The notes under the pieces: generated by a model
What the model saw: the letters and a program-made list of their open reading frames with translations, nothing else
The model's database searches: none
Told to the model about the DNA's origin: nothing
Assembly: GCA_945947715.1 (NCBI GenBank)
Contig: CAMEYZ010000001.1
Location: forward strand, 1-46,923
Direction of reading: 5' to 3'
Length of the DNA: 46,923 nt
From: an uncultured Clostridia bacterium
GTDB lineage: Bacteria; Bacillota; Clostridia; Oscillospirales; Ruminococcaceae
Translations under genes and position numbers: made by a program
Shown: piece by piece, positions 1-9,702 of the stretch
Layout: every line of letters begins with the position of its first letter
How positions within the stretch are numbered: position 1 is the stretch's first letter

Positions 1-666
1 CCCTTTATACTCACTTCAATATACGGCACCGCCGGAGCTGTTCTTATCGGAGTGCCCATAGGCTTTCTGACTGCGGTCTATCTTTCAAAGCTTGCTCGAA
101 AGGGAGTCAAGGCTGTTGTGGGACAGGCGGTGAGTCTTCTGGCAGGCATACCCTCTGTTGTTTATGGTCTGGTGGGCATGCTGGTGCTGGTCCCCGGAGT
201 TATGAAGGTATTTGATCTTTCGGACGGTTCAGGATTGTTCGCGGCGATGATCGTCCTTGCGATAATGGTCCTGCCGAGCATCATCAAGGTATCCATGACA
301 GCTCTGGACGCCGTTCCCGAGGATTACGAGCAGGCCTCCCTTGCACTGGGAGCAACTCCCGTGGAGACCTACATGAGAGTATCCGTCCCAGCCGCAAAGA
401 GCGGTATCGCAGCTGCGGTAGTGCTGGGCGTAGGAAGAGCTATCGGCGAAACGATGGCGGTTATGATGGTATCAGGAAATGCACCGAATATGCCTTCGCT
501 GTTTGAGAGCGTGAGATTCCTCACCACTGCGGTGGCAAGTGAGATGTCCTATTCTTCGGGACTTCAAAGACAGGCACTGTTTTCCATTGCGCTGGTGCTG
601 TTCCTGTTTATCATGCTTATCAACGCGGCGCTGAACTTTTTCCTGAAAAGAGATGAGAAAGGATGA
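1..666 (+). CDS. pstC: Phosphate ABC transporter permease PstC (5' end cut by window edge)
   Basis: Frame 1 is open from nt 1 with no stop before 664-666. Multi-TM permease with the conserved cytoplasmic loop GRAIGETMAVMMVSGN. First gene in the canonical pstCAB-phoU order. Confidence 0.85.
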   Translation, partial: PFILTSIYGTAGAVLIGVPIGFLTAVYLSKLARKGVKAVVGQAVSLLAGIPSVVYGLVGMLVLVPGVMKVFDLSDGSGLFAAMIVLAIMVLPSIIKVSMTALDAVPEDYEQASLALGATPVETYMRVSVPAAKSGIAAAVVLGVGRAIGETMAVMMVSGNAPNMPSLFESVRFLTTAVASEMSYSSGLQRQALFSIALVLFLFIMLINAALNFFLKRDEKG

Positions 667-1577
667 ACGATATGGAAGGAAATACTCTTACTGCTGCGGC
701 GGAAAAGACCGAGCCTGTTCATAATACCCTTTCGCTGCGGAGAAAGGCCTATTCGGCTGCGGTAAAGGGGCTGATGCTCCTGTCGGCGGCGATAACCGTG
801 GGACTGGTGCTGTTTATGATAGCCTATGTCATGGTGAAGGGCGTGCCCAACATAACAGCGGAGCTGCTGACCACCTCCCCCAGCTATCTTAAAAACACCA
901 TAGGAATCCTCCCGGATATCCTAAATACAGTCTATATCGTCATCATAACGCTGGTGATAGTGCTTCCTCTGGGAGTGGGAGCGGCGGTCTATCTTACAGA
1001 ATACGCCTCAAACAAAAAGCTTGTGGACATCATCGAATACACGTCGGAGACCCTTTCGGGAATACCGTCTATTATCTATGGACTGGTGGGCATGCTGTTC
1101 TTCTGTCAGTTTTTAAACATGAAGACATCGCTCCTTGCGGGAGGACTTACCCTTGTTATCATGAATCTTCCCACGATAATGCGCACCACTCAGGAAAGCT
1201 TAAAGACAGTTCCTCAGAGCTACCGCGAGGGAGCCTTTGCTCTCGGAGCGGGAAAGTGGAGAGTTATCCGCACTGTAGTGCTTCCTGGAAGCATCGACGG
1301 AATAATCACAGGCTGTATCCTTGCAGTGGGACGTATCCTCGGAGAATCAGCAGCACTGCTGTTTACCGCAGGCTTTGCCCACACTCTCAACGGCTTCTTT
1401 AAGGGAATGACCTCTGCAGGCTCCACCCTTACTGTAGCTCTGTACGTTTATGCAAAGGAGCAGGGAGAATTTGGCGTAGCCTTTGCCATTGCGGCGATAC
1501 TGATAGTGCTGACTCTGATAATAAATCTGTCAGCTTCACTGGTTGGATATATATTTAAGAAGAGGAAAAACAGATAA
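663..1577 (+). CDS. pstA: Phosphate ABC transporter permease PstA
   Basis: ATGA overlap with the pstC stop. 304-aa polytopic permease with loop [15 protein letters not shown]. Sits between pstC and pstB. Confidence 0.9.
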   Translation: MNDMEGNTLTAAAEKTEPVHNTLSLRRKAYSAAVKGLMLLSAAITVGLVLFMIAYVMVKGVPNITAELLTTSPSYLKNTIGILPDILNTVYIVIITLVIVLPLGVGAAVYLTEYASNKKLVDIIEYTSETLSGIPSIIYGLVGMLFFCQFLNMKTSLLAGGLTLVIMNLPTIMRTTQESLKTVPQSYREGAFALGAGKWRVIRTVVLPGSIDGIITGCILAVGRILGESAALLFTAGFAHTLNGFFKGMTSAGSTLTVALYVYAKEQGEFGVAFAIAAILIVLTLIINLSASLVGYIFKKRKNR

Positions 1578-2332
1578 TGGATACAATCATTTCGTCAAAC
1601 AATCTGGAGCTGTGGTATGGAAATAACCGGGCTCTTAAGGGCATCAATATGGAGATACCCGAAAAAAGCATCACAGCGCTCATAGGCCCGTCGGGCTGCG
1701 GAAAGTCTACCTTTCTGAAAACTCTCAACCGAATGAACGACCTTGTCCGGGACGTAAAGATCACGGGAAAGATCATGTATAAAAACACCGACATTTACGC
1801 TTCCTCCACGGACGTGAATAATCTCAGGAGGGAAATAGGCATGGTATTCCAGAAGCCCAATCCCTTCCCCATGAGCATCTATGATAATGTGGCGTATGGT
1901 CCGAGGACCTATGGCATAAGAAACAGACTAAAGCTGGACGAGATAGTTGAAAAATCCCTTAAGGGCGCTGCTATCTGGGACGAGGTCAAGGACAGACTGA
2001 AAAAATCCGCTCTGGGACTTTCAGGCGGACAGCAGCAGAGACTCTGCATAGCAAGAGCCCTTGCAGCTGAGCCTGATGTGCTTCTCATGGACGAACCCAC
2101 CAGTGCTCTGGACCCTATTTCAACTTCTAAGATAGAAGAGCTTGCAATTGAGCTGAAAAAGAGTTATACTATAATCATGGTCACTCATAATATGCAGCAG
2201 GCTGTCAGAATTTCCGACAATACAGCATTCTTCCTTCTGGGAGATCTGGTGGAGTACGGCAATACTGAGAAGATATTCTCGTCGCCCGAGGATAAGCGTA
2301 CCGAGGATTACATAACGGGGAGGTTCGGATAA
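1577..2332 (+). CDS. pstB: Phosphate ABC transporter ATP-binding protein PstB
   Basis: Walker [13 protein letters not shown] signature LSGGQQQRL, Walker [17 protein letters not shown] overlap with pstA. Confidence 0.95.
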   Translation: MDTIISSNNLELWYGNNRALKGINMEIPEKSITALIGPSGCGKSTFLKTLNRMNDLVRDVKITGKIMYKNTDIYASSTDVNNLRREIGMVFQKPNPFPMSIYDNVAYGPRTYGIRNRLKLDEIVEKSLKGAAIWDEVKDRLKKSALGLSGGQQQRLCIARALAAEPDVLLMDEPTSALDPISTSKIEELAIELKKSYTIIMVTHNMQQAVRISDNTAFFLLGDLVEYGNTEKIFSSPEDKRTEDYITGRFG

Positions 2333-3006
2333 TGAGAAAAAGCTTCGACGAACAGCTTGCAGAACTGAACAACGAGCTCATAGAAATGGGCGCACTCTGC
2401 GAGGAGGCCATCGCTGCCGCTGCGAAAACTCTTTTGGAGGACGATAATAAGCTTGTCCAGTCTGTCATAAATATGGAGGACGAGATCGACCGCAGAGAGC
2501 ATATTATTGAAAATATGTGCTTCAAGCTGTTTTTAAAGCAGCAGCCTGTGGCAGGAGATCTGCGAAGGATATCCGCTGCTCTGAAAATGATAACCGATAT
2601 GGAGCGGATAGGCGATCAGGCTCTGGATATAACCGAAATGAGCGATTATATCAGAAACGCCGCATTTCCTGAGCATATCGACTTAGGCGAAATGGCAAGA
2701 GCTGCCGTAAAAATGGTCACTGACAGCGTAGATGCTTTTGTAAAGCGGGACGTTGAAATGTCAAAGGCTGTGATACAGTACGACGATGTCATGGATAAGC
2801 TTTTTCTCAGCGTAAAGCATGCCGTGACCGATATGATCTCCGCAGATCCGCAGACAGGAGAATATGCCGTTGATCTTATGATGACCGCGAAATATTTTGA
2901 ACGGATCGGTGACCATGCCGTAAATATCGCCGAATGGGTGGAATTTTCGGTGACCGGGATCCATAAAGGAGAAATGATCAATGATATGGTGCGTAGAGGA
3001 CGATGA
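2332..3006 (+). CDS. phoU: Phosphate signalling modulator PhoU
   Basis: 224 aa with two PhoU repeats carrying metal-binding-type motifs (DMERIGDQA, FERIGDHAVNIAEW). TAATG overlap with pstB. Confidence 0.9.
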   Translation: MRKSFDEQLAELNNELIEMGALCEEAIAAAAKTLLEDDNKLVQSVINMEDEIDRREHIIENMCFKLFLKQQPVAGDLRRISAALKMITDMERIGDQALDITEMSDYIRNAAFPEHIDLGEMARAAVKMVTDSVDAFVKRDVEMSKAVIQYDDVMDKLFLSVKHAVTDMISADPQTGEYAVDLMMTAKYFERIGDHAVNIAEWVEFSVTGIHKGEMINDMVRRGR

Positions 3007-3655
3007 AAGCATTCGTGAAATTGAGATCTATACATTAAAATCAACAGGCTTCGAGGCGGAGGGCTTCTGCGAGGGCAGAGAGCTTTTCGCCGCTTTGTCG
3101 TGCAGGAAGCCGGACCTGATACTGCTTGATATAATGCTGCCCGACATGGACGGTACGGAGATATTAAAGCGTCTTAGGGCAGACAGCAGGACCGAGGATA
3201 TCCCCGTAATAATGGCGACTGCTAAGGGAATGGAGTACGACAAGGTGAAAAGCCTTGACCTGGGCGCGGACGATTATCTTGTAAAGCCCTTCGGAATGAT
3301 GGAGATGACAGCAAGAGTAAAGGCTGTGCTTCGCCGCAGCGGAGGAAAGGCTTCGGAGTCAGGAGTGTTCCGTTCGGGAGACCTGGAGCTGGACGAAAAG
3401 CGTCATACCGTGACCCGCAGCGGACAGCCTGTGGAGCTCACATTAAAGGAATATGAGCTGCTGCGTACACTGATGAGCCATAAGGGGCTGGTATTCACAA
3501 GAGATCAGTTGCTTTCGGACATCTGGGGCTTCGACTATGACGGTGAGACCCGTACAGTAGATGTACATATCCGCACACTCCGGGCAAAGCTGGGAGAAAG
3601 CGGCGAGCAGATACAGACAGTCCGCGGAGTGGGCTACAAAATAGAAAACAGCTAA
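2981..3655 (+). CDS. OmpR/PhoB-family response regulator (Pho regulon type)
   Basis: REC domain (MIWCVEDD..., LILLDIMLPDMDG, KP motif LVKPF) plus winged-helix output (TVDVHIRTLRAKL, VRGVGYK). RBS AAGGAG 9 nt upstream of the ATG. Overlaps the phoU 3' end by 26 nt. Confidence 0.9.
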   Translation: MIWCVEDDESIREIEIYTLKSTGFEAEGFCEGRELFAALSCRKPDLILLDIMLPDMDGTEILKRLRADSRTEDIPVIMATAKGMEYDKVKSLDLGADDYLVKPFGMMEMTARVKAVLRRSGGKASESGVFRSGDLELDEKRHTVTRSGQPVELTLKEYELLRTLMSHKGLVFTRDQLLSDIWGFDYDGETRTVDVHIRTLRAKLGESGEQIQTVRGVGYKIENS

Positions 3656-3680
3656 CAAAAACAGTTAACTGAAAAGTGAG

Positions 3681-5360
3681 GTGTTCAGAAAGGTGAAGGG
3701 AAAAATATTCAGATCGGTAATGGCAGTAGCTATAGCAGTGTTTGCGGCTTCTGTTATTATAATTATGGGGGTACTTTATCAGTATTTCACGGCAGTGCAG
3801 AAAAACGACCTTTCCGAACAGCTGGAGCTTGCCTCTGCGGGTGTGGAATATGCGGGGGCAGATTATTTTTCGGAGCTGGATTTCGGAGCATATCGTCTGA
3901 CATGGGTGGATAGCGATGGAAACGTCCTGTTCGACTCTGTCGATACGGTGAGGGAGCCAGAAAATCATGGAGACCGTCCGGAGATAATCGAAGCTCTGGA
4001 CAGCGGCTACGGTGAAAGCACCAGATATTCAACCACTCTTTCCGAAAGGACGGTCTATGCTGCAAAGCGTCTTAAGGACGGAACTGTTCTGCGGATAAGC
4101 TCCGAGTATTATACTATGCTTACCATTTCTATAAGCATGCTTCGTCCCATACTTGTGGTGCTGATGATAGCGATGATAATTGCAGCACTGCTGGCAAATC
4201 GTCTGTCAAAGCATATCGTAAGGCCTCTGCTGGAGATAGACCCGGACAATCCCTCCGAAGGTGACTGCTATGAGGAGATAACTCCCATTCTGAAGCGGCT
4301 TGAAAGCCAGCACAGGAGGATAAACGAACAGCTTGATGAATTAAAACGTCGCAGGACCGAGTTCGAGACCATAACGGGATCCATGAACGAGGGACTTGTT
4401 CTTCTGAGCGGCAATGGAATTATCCTCAGTATTAATCCTGCAGCACAGAGGATATTCGGCACAGATGACAGTGCTGCGGGACGAAATTTTCTTGAAGTGG
4501 ATAGAAGCCGTGATATTTCCGAGACTGCCGAAAAGGCGGGAGAATGTGGTCATGGAGAAAGCATCATCGACCGTGGCGGCAGGAAGTATCAGCTTGATAT
4601 CACGAAGATAAACGGCGAAGAGGGTTCGGGACTTGTTATGCTGATATTCGACGTGACCGAAAGGATAACCGGAGAGCAGGAACGCCGGGAGTTCACAGCG
4701 AATGTGTCCCACGAGCTTAAAACGCCGCTGCAGAGCATTATGGGCAGCGCAGAGCTGCTGGAAAACGGCCTTGTGAAGCAGGCGGACGTCCCGAAATTTC
4801 TGGGGCGGATACGTTCCGAGTCAGCGCGGCTCGTTACTCTTATCGACGATATAATCCGTCTGTCGAGGCTGGAGGAGCAGCAGGAGCTTGTTCTTGAATC
4901 GGTAGAGCTCAAGTCCTGCGCTGCGGACAATATCAATATCCTGACCGATGCTGCCGAAAAGAAAAACGTATCTATGACGCTTTCGGGAGACGATGCGGTA
5001 ATATATTCCTCGGGCAGGCTTTGCAGCGAGATAATCTACAATCTGATTGACAATGCAATCAAATACAACAAAACAGGCGGTTCGGTGGATATCAGCGTCA
5101 GGGACTGCAGCGAATACGCAGAGCTGACCGTTTCCGATACGGGAATAGGTATCCCCGAAGAGGACCAGGGACGGATATTCGAGCGTTTCTACCGTGCAGA
5201 CAAGAGCCGCTCAAAGGAGCGGGGCGGCACGGGACTGGGATTATCCATAGTCAAGCACGCAGTGATGCGGCTGGGCGGCGAGGTCTCCGTTCGAAGCAAA
5301 CAGGACGTGGGTACTGTCATGACTGTTAAGCTTCCGAAAATAAAAATGGAAAAAATATGA
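3681..5360 (+). CDS. phoR: PhoR-like sensor histidine kinase (TM-sensor-TM, PAS, HisKA, HATPase_c)
   Basis: H-box FTANVSHELKTPLQSI, N-box LIDNAIKYN, G-boxes DTGIGIP and GGTGLGLSIV, PAS-like ITGSMNEGLVLLSGNGIILSINPAAQ. The exact start is uncertain (GTG 3681, GTG 3693 or ATG 3720). Confidence 0.85.
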   Translation: MFRKVKGKIFRSVMAVAIAVFAASVIIIMGVLYQYFTAVQKNDLSEQLELASAGVEYAGADYFSELDFGAYRLTWVDSDGNVLFDSVDTVREPENHGDRPEIIEALDSGYGESTRYSTTLSERTVYAAKRLKDGTVLRISSEYYTMLTISISMLRPILVVLMIAMIIAALLANRLSKHIVRPLLEIDPDNPSEGDCYEEITPILKRLESQHRRINEQLDELKRRRTEFETITGSMNEGLVLLSGNGIILSINPAAQRIFGTDDSAAGRNFLEVDRSRDISETAEKAGECGHGESIIDRGGRKYQLDITKINGEEGSGLVMLIFDVTERITGEQERREFTANVSHELKTPLQSIMGSAELLENGLVKQADVPKFLGRIRSESARLVTLIDDIIRLSRLEEQQELVLESVELKSCAADNINILTDAAEKKNVSMTLSGDDAVIYSSGRLCSEIIYNLIDNAIKYNKTGGSVDISVRDCSEYAELTVSDTGIGIPEEDQGRIFERFYRADKSRSKERGGTGLGLSIVKHAVMRLGGEVSVRSKQDVGTVMTVKLPKIKMEKI

Positions 5361-5379
5361 TTTTATTGGCAAGCTTAAT

Positions 5380-5476
5380 TTAAGGAAGTGCTGATTAAAG
5401 GCACGGCCATCGTTTCCGACACTCGAAAATCCGTCACTGAGAGTGTCGAGAAACGATTTAATCAGCAGTTCCTTAA
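5380..5476. repeat. 97-nt imperfect palindrome (long hairpin) in the phoR-ppk spacer, ends TTAAGG...CCTTAA
   Basis: Left arm is TTAAGGAAGTGCTGATTAAA...CGTTTCCGACACTC. The reverse complement of the right arm is TTAAGGAACTGCTGATTAAATCGTTTCTCGACACTC. Inner stem GACACTC/GAGTGTC with a 16-nt loop. Confidence 0.7.
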
Positions 5477-5636
5477 GTGTCAGTGATAACAGTATTGTTG
5501 GAGAAGTGAAAATAATATCGGCGACTGTTACCTATAAGGACGGTACAAGAGGCGGTATCGCCGTTATTATCCCGTCGAAAAAATTTCCGAGGAACATAAT
5601 TTATGATAATAATGCAGAGAAATGGAGTGATATTAA

Positions 5637-7724
5637 ATGGGCAAAGCAGCTGTCTGCAAAAAGCAGGTCTATATGAATAGAGAAATATCCTGGCTGAAAT
5701 TTAATGAAAGAGTTCTGGAGGAAGCAGAAAGCGACAAAAATCCTTTGTGTGAGAGGCTCTCCTTTGTGTCTATCTATCAGAGCAATCTTGATGAATTTTT
5801 CATGGTCCGTGTGGGCTCACTTATCGACCAGATGCTTCTTGACAGGAATATCCGTGAAAATAAGACCAATATGACAGCAGGAGAACAGCTTGATGCCGTG
5901 CTGAAAAGAGTTCATTCTCTCAATGAGCGCAAAGACCTTGTTTACGGCAAGCTTATGGGCAGACTTGAAGAGCATAACGTAAGAATAGTGGATTTCAGAA
6001 ACATTGACAAAAAGGAAAACGAACATCTTGAAGAGTATTTCAATTCGGAAATAGCACCCTTTCTGTCTCCTGTTATCGTCGGAGAAAGACAGCCCTTTCC
6101 GTTTCTGAAAAACAAGGATATTTATGCAGCGGCTGTTCTTGAAAAGAAAAGCGGAAAGAAAAAGATTGGAATAATTCCCTGCGGCAGCGGAGTTATCCCA
6201 AGACTTATCGAGGTGGGCAGGGGGAGCGGTACATATATCCTTTCCGAAGAGCTCATACTCCATTTTGTTCCGCAGGTTTTCAAGGAATATACCGTAAAAT
6301 CGAAATCACTTCTGCGTGTGACAAGAAATGCCGATATTGATGCGGATGCTCTTTACGATGAGGACCTTGATTACCGTGAATTTATGGAGGACATAATCAA
6401 ACAGAGGAAAAGGCTCTCTCCAGTACGCCTGGAGCTTTCCCGCGAGCTTGATGATGAGATAGTGAACAAGCTCTGCAAATATATGGATATCGAACGGAAG
6501 TATGTTTTCCGGAATATATCTCCCCTTGACCTTTCATTTGTGTTCGAGCTGCAGGACCGTCTCCGTCAGCAGTCTGAGCTATTCTATCCCAAGAGGATAC
6601 CCCAGAAATCGGCGCAGTTTTTCGATGGCATACCAGTTCTCGATCAGATAAAGGAAGGGGATAAATTCCTTGCCTATCCCTTTGACAGCATAAAGCCCTT
6701 TTTGAATATGCTCCACGAAGCTGCGTCAGACAAGGACGTAGTCTCAATTAAAATGACCTTGTACAGAGTAGCCAAAAACAGTGAGGTGGTAAACGCTCTT
6801 ATCGAAGCCGCCGAAAATGGCAAGGATGTGCTTGTGCTTGTTGAGCTTAAAGCAAGATTTGACGAGGAGAATAACATTGAATGGTCACGACGGCTGGAAG
6901 CAGCGGGCTGTACGGTGATATATGGTCTGAACGGCTTCAAGGTACATTCCAAGCTTTGTCTTATCACGAAAAATATCAACGGGAATCCCGAGTATTACAC
7001 TCAGATAGGTACGGGAAATTACAACGAAAAGACTGCCCGTATCTATACTGACCTATCTCTTATGACCGCAAACAGCATCATCGGACGGAACGCAAATGAT
7101 GTTTTCAATGCTCTCGCTTCCGATACCACGGTGAAAAGCTCCGAGGCTCTTCTTGTGGCGCCGAATTGTCTCCAGAACAGAGTCATTGAGATGATAGACC
7201 AGCAGATAAGTCTTGCCGAAAATGGCGAGGAAGCCTATATTGGCGTGAAGATAAATTCTCTCACCGACAAGATCATAATCGACGAGCTTATCAAGGCGTC
7301 AAAGGCAGGAGTGAAGATAGAGCTTGCCGTAAGAGGGATATGCTGTCTTATTCCGGGAGTGGAGGGCGAAACGGAAAATATTCGGGTAATAAGCGTTGTG
7401 GGACGTTTTCTTGAACACTCGAGAATTTACATTTTCGGCAGGGGAGAAGCTGCAAATATTTATATCGCATCAGCTGATTTTATGACGCGGAACACCCTCC
7501 GCAGAGTTGAAGTCGCAGCTCCTGTTTTCGATGAACGTATCAGAGAACAGATAGTTTATATGTTCAATAGTATAATGTCCGACAACATTCAGGCACGAGA
7601 AATGAACAGCGACGGAAATTATATCCGTGTGGAAAATGACAATGAAAAAATGAACAGCCAGGAGCATTTCTATGATATAGCATACGAGCAGGCACAGAAC
7701 GCGGCAGTGCTCAGCGGAAAATGA
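5637..7724 (+). CDS. ppk: Polyphosphate kinase 1
   Basis: 695 aa. N-terminal EISWLKFNERVLEEA, catalytic-His region, and two PLD-like modules (FKVHSKLCLI and RFLEHSRIYIF). GGAG 9 nt upstream of ATG 5637; 5673 is an alternative start. Confidence 0.93.
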   Translation: MGKAAVCKKQVYMNREISWLKFNERVLEEAESDKNPLCERLSFVSIYQSNLDEFFMVRVGSLIDQMLLDRNIRENKTNMTAGEQLDAVLKRVHSLNERKDLVYGKLMGRLEEHNVRIVDFRNIDKKENEHLEEYFNSEIAPFLSPVIVGERQPFPFLKNKDIYAAAVLEKKSGKKKIGIIPCGSGVIPRLIEVGRGSGTYILSEELILHFVPQVFKEYTVKSKSLLRVTRNADIDADALYDEDLDYREFMEDIIKQRKRLSPVRLELSRELDDEIVNKLCKYMDIERKYVFRNISPLDLSFVFELQDRLRQQSELFYPKRIPQKSAQFFDGIPVLDQIKEGDKFLAYPFDSIKPFLNMLHEAASDKDVVSIKMTLYRVAKNSEVVNALIEAAENGKDVLVLVELKARFDEENNIEWSRRLEAAGCTVIYGLNGFKVHSKLCLITKNINGNPEYYTQIGTGNYNEKTARIYTDLSLMTANSIIGRNANDVFNALASDTTVKSSEALLVAPNCLQNRVIEMIDQQISLAENGEEAYIGVKINSLTDKIIIDELIKASKAGVKIELAVRGICCLIPGVEGETENIRVISVVGRFLEHSRIYIFGRGEAANIYIASADFMTRNTLRRVEVAAPVFDERIREQIVYMFNSIMSDNIQAREMNSDGNYIRVENDNEKMNSQEHFYDIAYEQAQNAAVLSGK

Positions 7725-7806
7725 AAGGCAGAATACTGTGGACCTGGACATGGCGTCTCCCGAAATGCTTTGTGCGGACAGCAGAAACTGCATGCTTATT
7801 ATAGAA

Positions 7807-7854
7807 TAAAAAAACGTGGTACTCTGTCGATACCGATAGAGTACCACGTTTTTT
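7807..7854. terminator. Bidirectional intrinsic terminator between convergent ppk and the VWA gene
   Basis: A7-CGTGGTACTCT-(12-nt loop)-AGAGTACCACG-T6: a perfect 11-bp stem flanked by A and T runs. Confidence 0.85.
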
Positions 7855-7855
7855 C

Positions 7856-9700
7856 TTACTTAAAATAGAATACTTTCCCTCTCGGACGAAAAGGGAGCCT
7901 TGCACCTTCGGGAATAAGGAAAGCGTGCTCGTGATGAACCATCAGGTCATGCTCGATACCTGCATCGGTGATTATAAGGATTGGTCCGTTTTTCGGAAAA
8001 TCCGTTGCATTTTCAAGCAGGTCAACGGCAGGCTGCAGGATTGTACCGCCTCTGCCCTTTACCATAACTCTTCCGGCGATATCCTCGGGTGCAATGTAGC
8101 CAATGTCATAGGCCTGTGCGTCGCAGAAAACCACTCTCACAAGAGGAACCTCCTTTGCCACAGAATAGCTTGCAGCTGCTCCGAGAGCCTTTCCTATAAG
8201 TATGGGAGACATGGAACCTGATGTGTCTATTATCACAGCATATGTTCTGCTGAATTCGGGAATATCAGCCCTTACCCAGTTCGGACGAGGAATATCAGGA
8301 GTGCTGCTCTGCCGTCTGCTGGGACGAGCATAGGTGCGGTGCTTTTCAATGGGAGAAAACCAGGTATCGAACCATTTGGCAAGCTCCACATCCCATGGTA
8401 CGGGCGGCATGGAAAGAGCCTTTATCTCCTCGATAAGACCTGCAGGAATAAAGCCTCTGCTTGTGGAGGTGTGATATTCCAGGCCGCTTCTCAGTGCGCT
8501 TTTGCAGAAATCATCAAGGGAGGTAGGTCTGCTCATGTCGGGGGTCCATCCTTTGTCGATGATATCTCCCTTTCCGTATCCTCTGAAGGTGTTCAGCTTT
8601 GAATTTTTGCGGATATTGTCCGTTAATCTGTCATAAATTTCTTCGGCAGACTGATTTTTTAATGCTTCATCGTACATAAGACCTTTCTGCGGCATAGTGC
8701 CAATCTGCATTTCGTTCAGCCAGCCGTTGATAACGAAGTCGCAGGCGATATTCCATAGATACGGGTCACGTCCGTTTCGTCTTGCGTGGTGCTGCAGACC
8801 TGCATGAAGGTATTCATGTGCCAGCACAAATTTCCATTCCTCAGGGGCAAGTCCTGCTGACGGATTGACATATATCTCGCCATTAATAACATTTACAGCG
8901 GCTATCTCTATGTCACTTAGATTTGTCCTGCCTGTGGTCTCAATTAGCTTAAAGCCCGAAGCAAGTCCGCCAAGCAGCGGATAATGGTTTATGAACCAGT
9001 CTGCGGCCTTCTGCATGACCGACTTGCGGGTGGTGTATCCTGTTGGACGGTCGGCTGCCTCATCTATGACAGAACGCACAGAATCTGCCAGAGCATAGGC
9101 AAATTCGGTAATGTAATGATTTGTTCCATAGCGATAGGTGAGGGGAGAATCGGTGCCTATCATATCGGAAAATTCGCCAGCTGTGCCAAAGGAAGCAAGG
9201 TCAGCAGAAACGTGAGTATTCACCAGGTGCTCGTATATTTTCAGCTCGCTTGCAGAGGTATCGCCGATCGTCAGCCTTGACATATCAATATCACTTTTTC
9301 CGAATTTAATATCCGAAAGAAATCGGGATATGTAAATATCGCAAGCCATATTCCATAATTCCGGGTCGTAATTATTCACCCATTTCTGCTGCTTTTCGGA
9401 AATCTGCTGCCAGTAGCCCGGCATACGGTCGGCGTCAAAATGACCGAACGAAAGATGCAGCATACAATGAGCGATGATATATGCCCATTCCTTAGGGTCT
9501 TTATCGCAGTCCTTATTGAGATAAACAATGCCCGACGACGATACCTTTGCAGGTACATTTTTTCCGAGTCTGCTTTTCGGGACGATGCTTGTTCTTATGC
9601 TCAAGGCTCCGAAAAGGGGGTGCTTTTCGACGAGTGCCATACCGTCAAGGAGCTGCTGTTCATTTTTTGAGAGCTTATTCTCCTGCTTATTCTTTGCCAT
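7856..9700 (-). CDS. VWA-domain protein with tandem DUF2201-type putative metallopeptidase modules (MoxR partner, cassette 1)
   Basis: Two homologous N-terminal modules. The first has degenerate HCMLH (9455-9469). The second has intact HExxH, HEYLH (8804-8818). Each is followed by LWN(M/I)ACD. C-terminal VWA with MIDAS DTSGS (8213-8227). The start lies 2 nt after the MoxR stop. Confidence 0.8.
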   Translation of the reverse strand: MAKNKQENKLSKNEQQLLDGMALVEKHPLFGALSIRTSIVPKSRLGKNVPAKVSSSGIVYLNKDCDKDPKEWAYIIAHCMLHLSFGHFDADRMPGYWQQISEKQQKWVNNYDPELWNMACDIYISRFLSDIKFGKSDIDMSRLTIGDTSASELKIYEHLVNTHVSADLASFGTAGEFSDMIGTDSPLTYRYGTNHYITEFAYALADSVRSVIDEAADRPTGYTTRKSVMQKAADWFINHYPLLGGLASGFKLIETTGRTNLSDIEIAAVNVINGEIYVNPSAGLAPEEWKFVLAHEYLHAGLQHHARRNGRDPYLWNIACDFVINGWLNEMQIGTMPQKGLMYDEALKNQSAEEIYDRLTDNIRKNSKLNTFRGYGKGDIIDKGWTPDMSRPTSLDDFCKSALRSGLEYHTSTSRGFIPAGLIEEIKALSMPPVPWDVELAKWFDTWFSPIEKHRTYARPSRRQSSTPDIPRPNWVRADIPEFSRTYAVIIDTSGSMSPILIGKALGAAASYSVAKEVPLVRVVFCDAQAYDIGYIAPEDIAGRVMVKGRGGTILQPAVDLLENATDFPKNGPILIITDAGIEHDLMVHHEHAFLIPEGARLPFRPRGKVFYFK

Positions 9701-9702
9701 AA

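Noticed and set aside
5443-5676. 77-aa ORF upstream of ppk, whose TGA overlaps a possible ppk start at 5673 (ATGA)
   Set aside because: Its GTG start lies inside the 5380-5476 hairpin and has no usable RBS. The ORF would overlap the better-supported ppk start at 5637 (GGAG at correct spacing) by 40 nt. I kept it only as an alternative in case ppk really starts at 5673.
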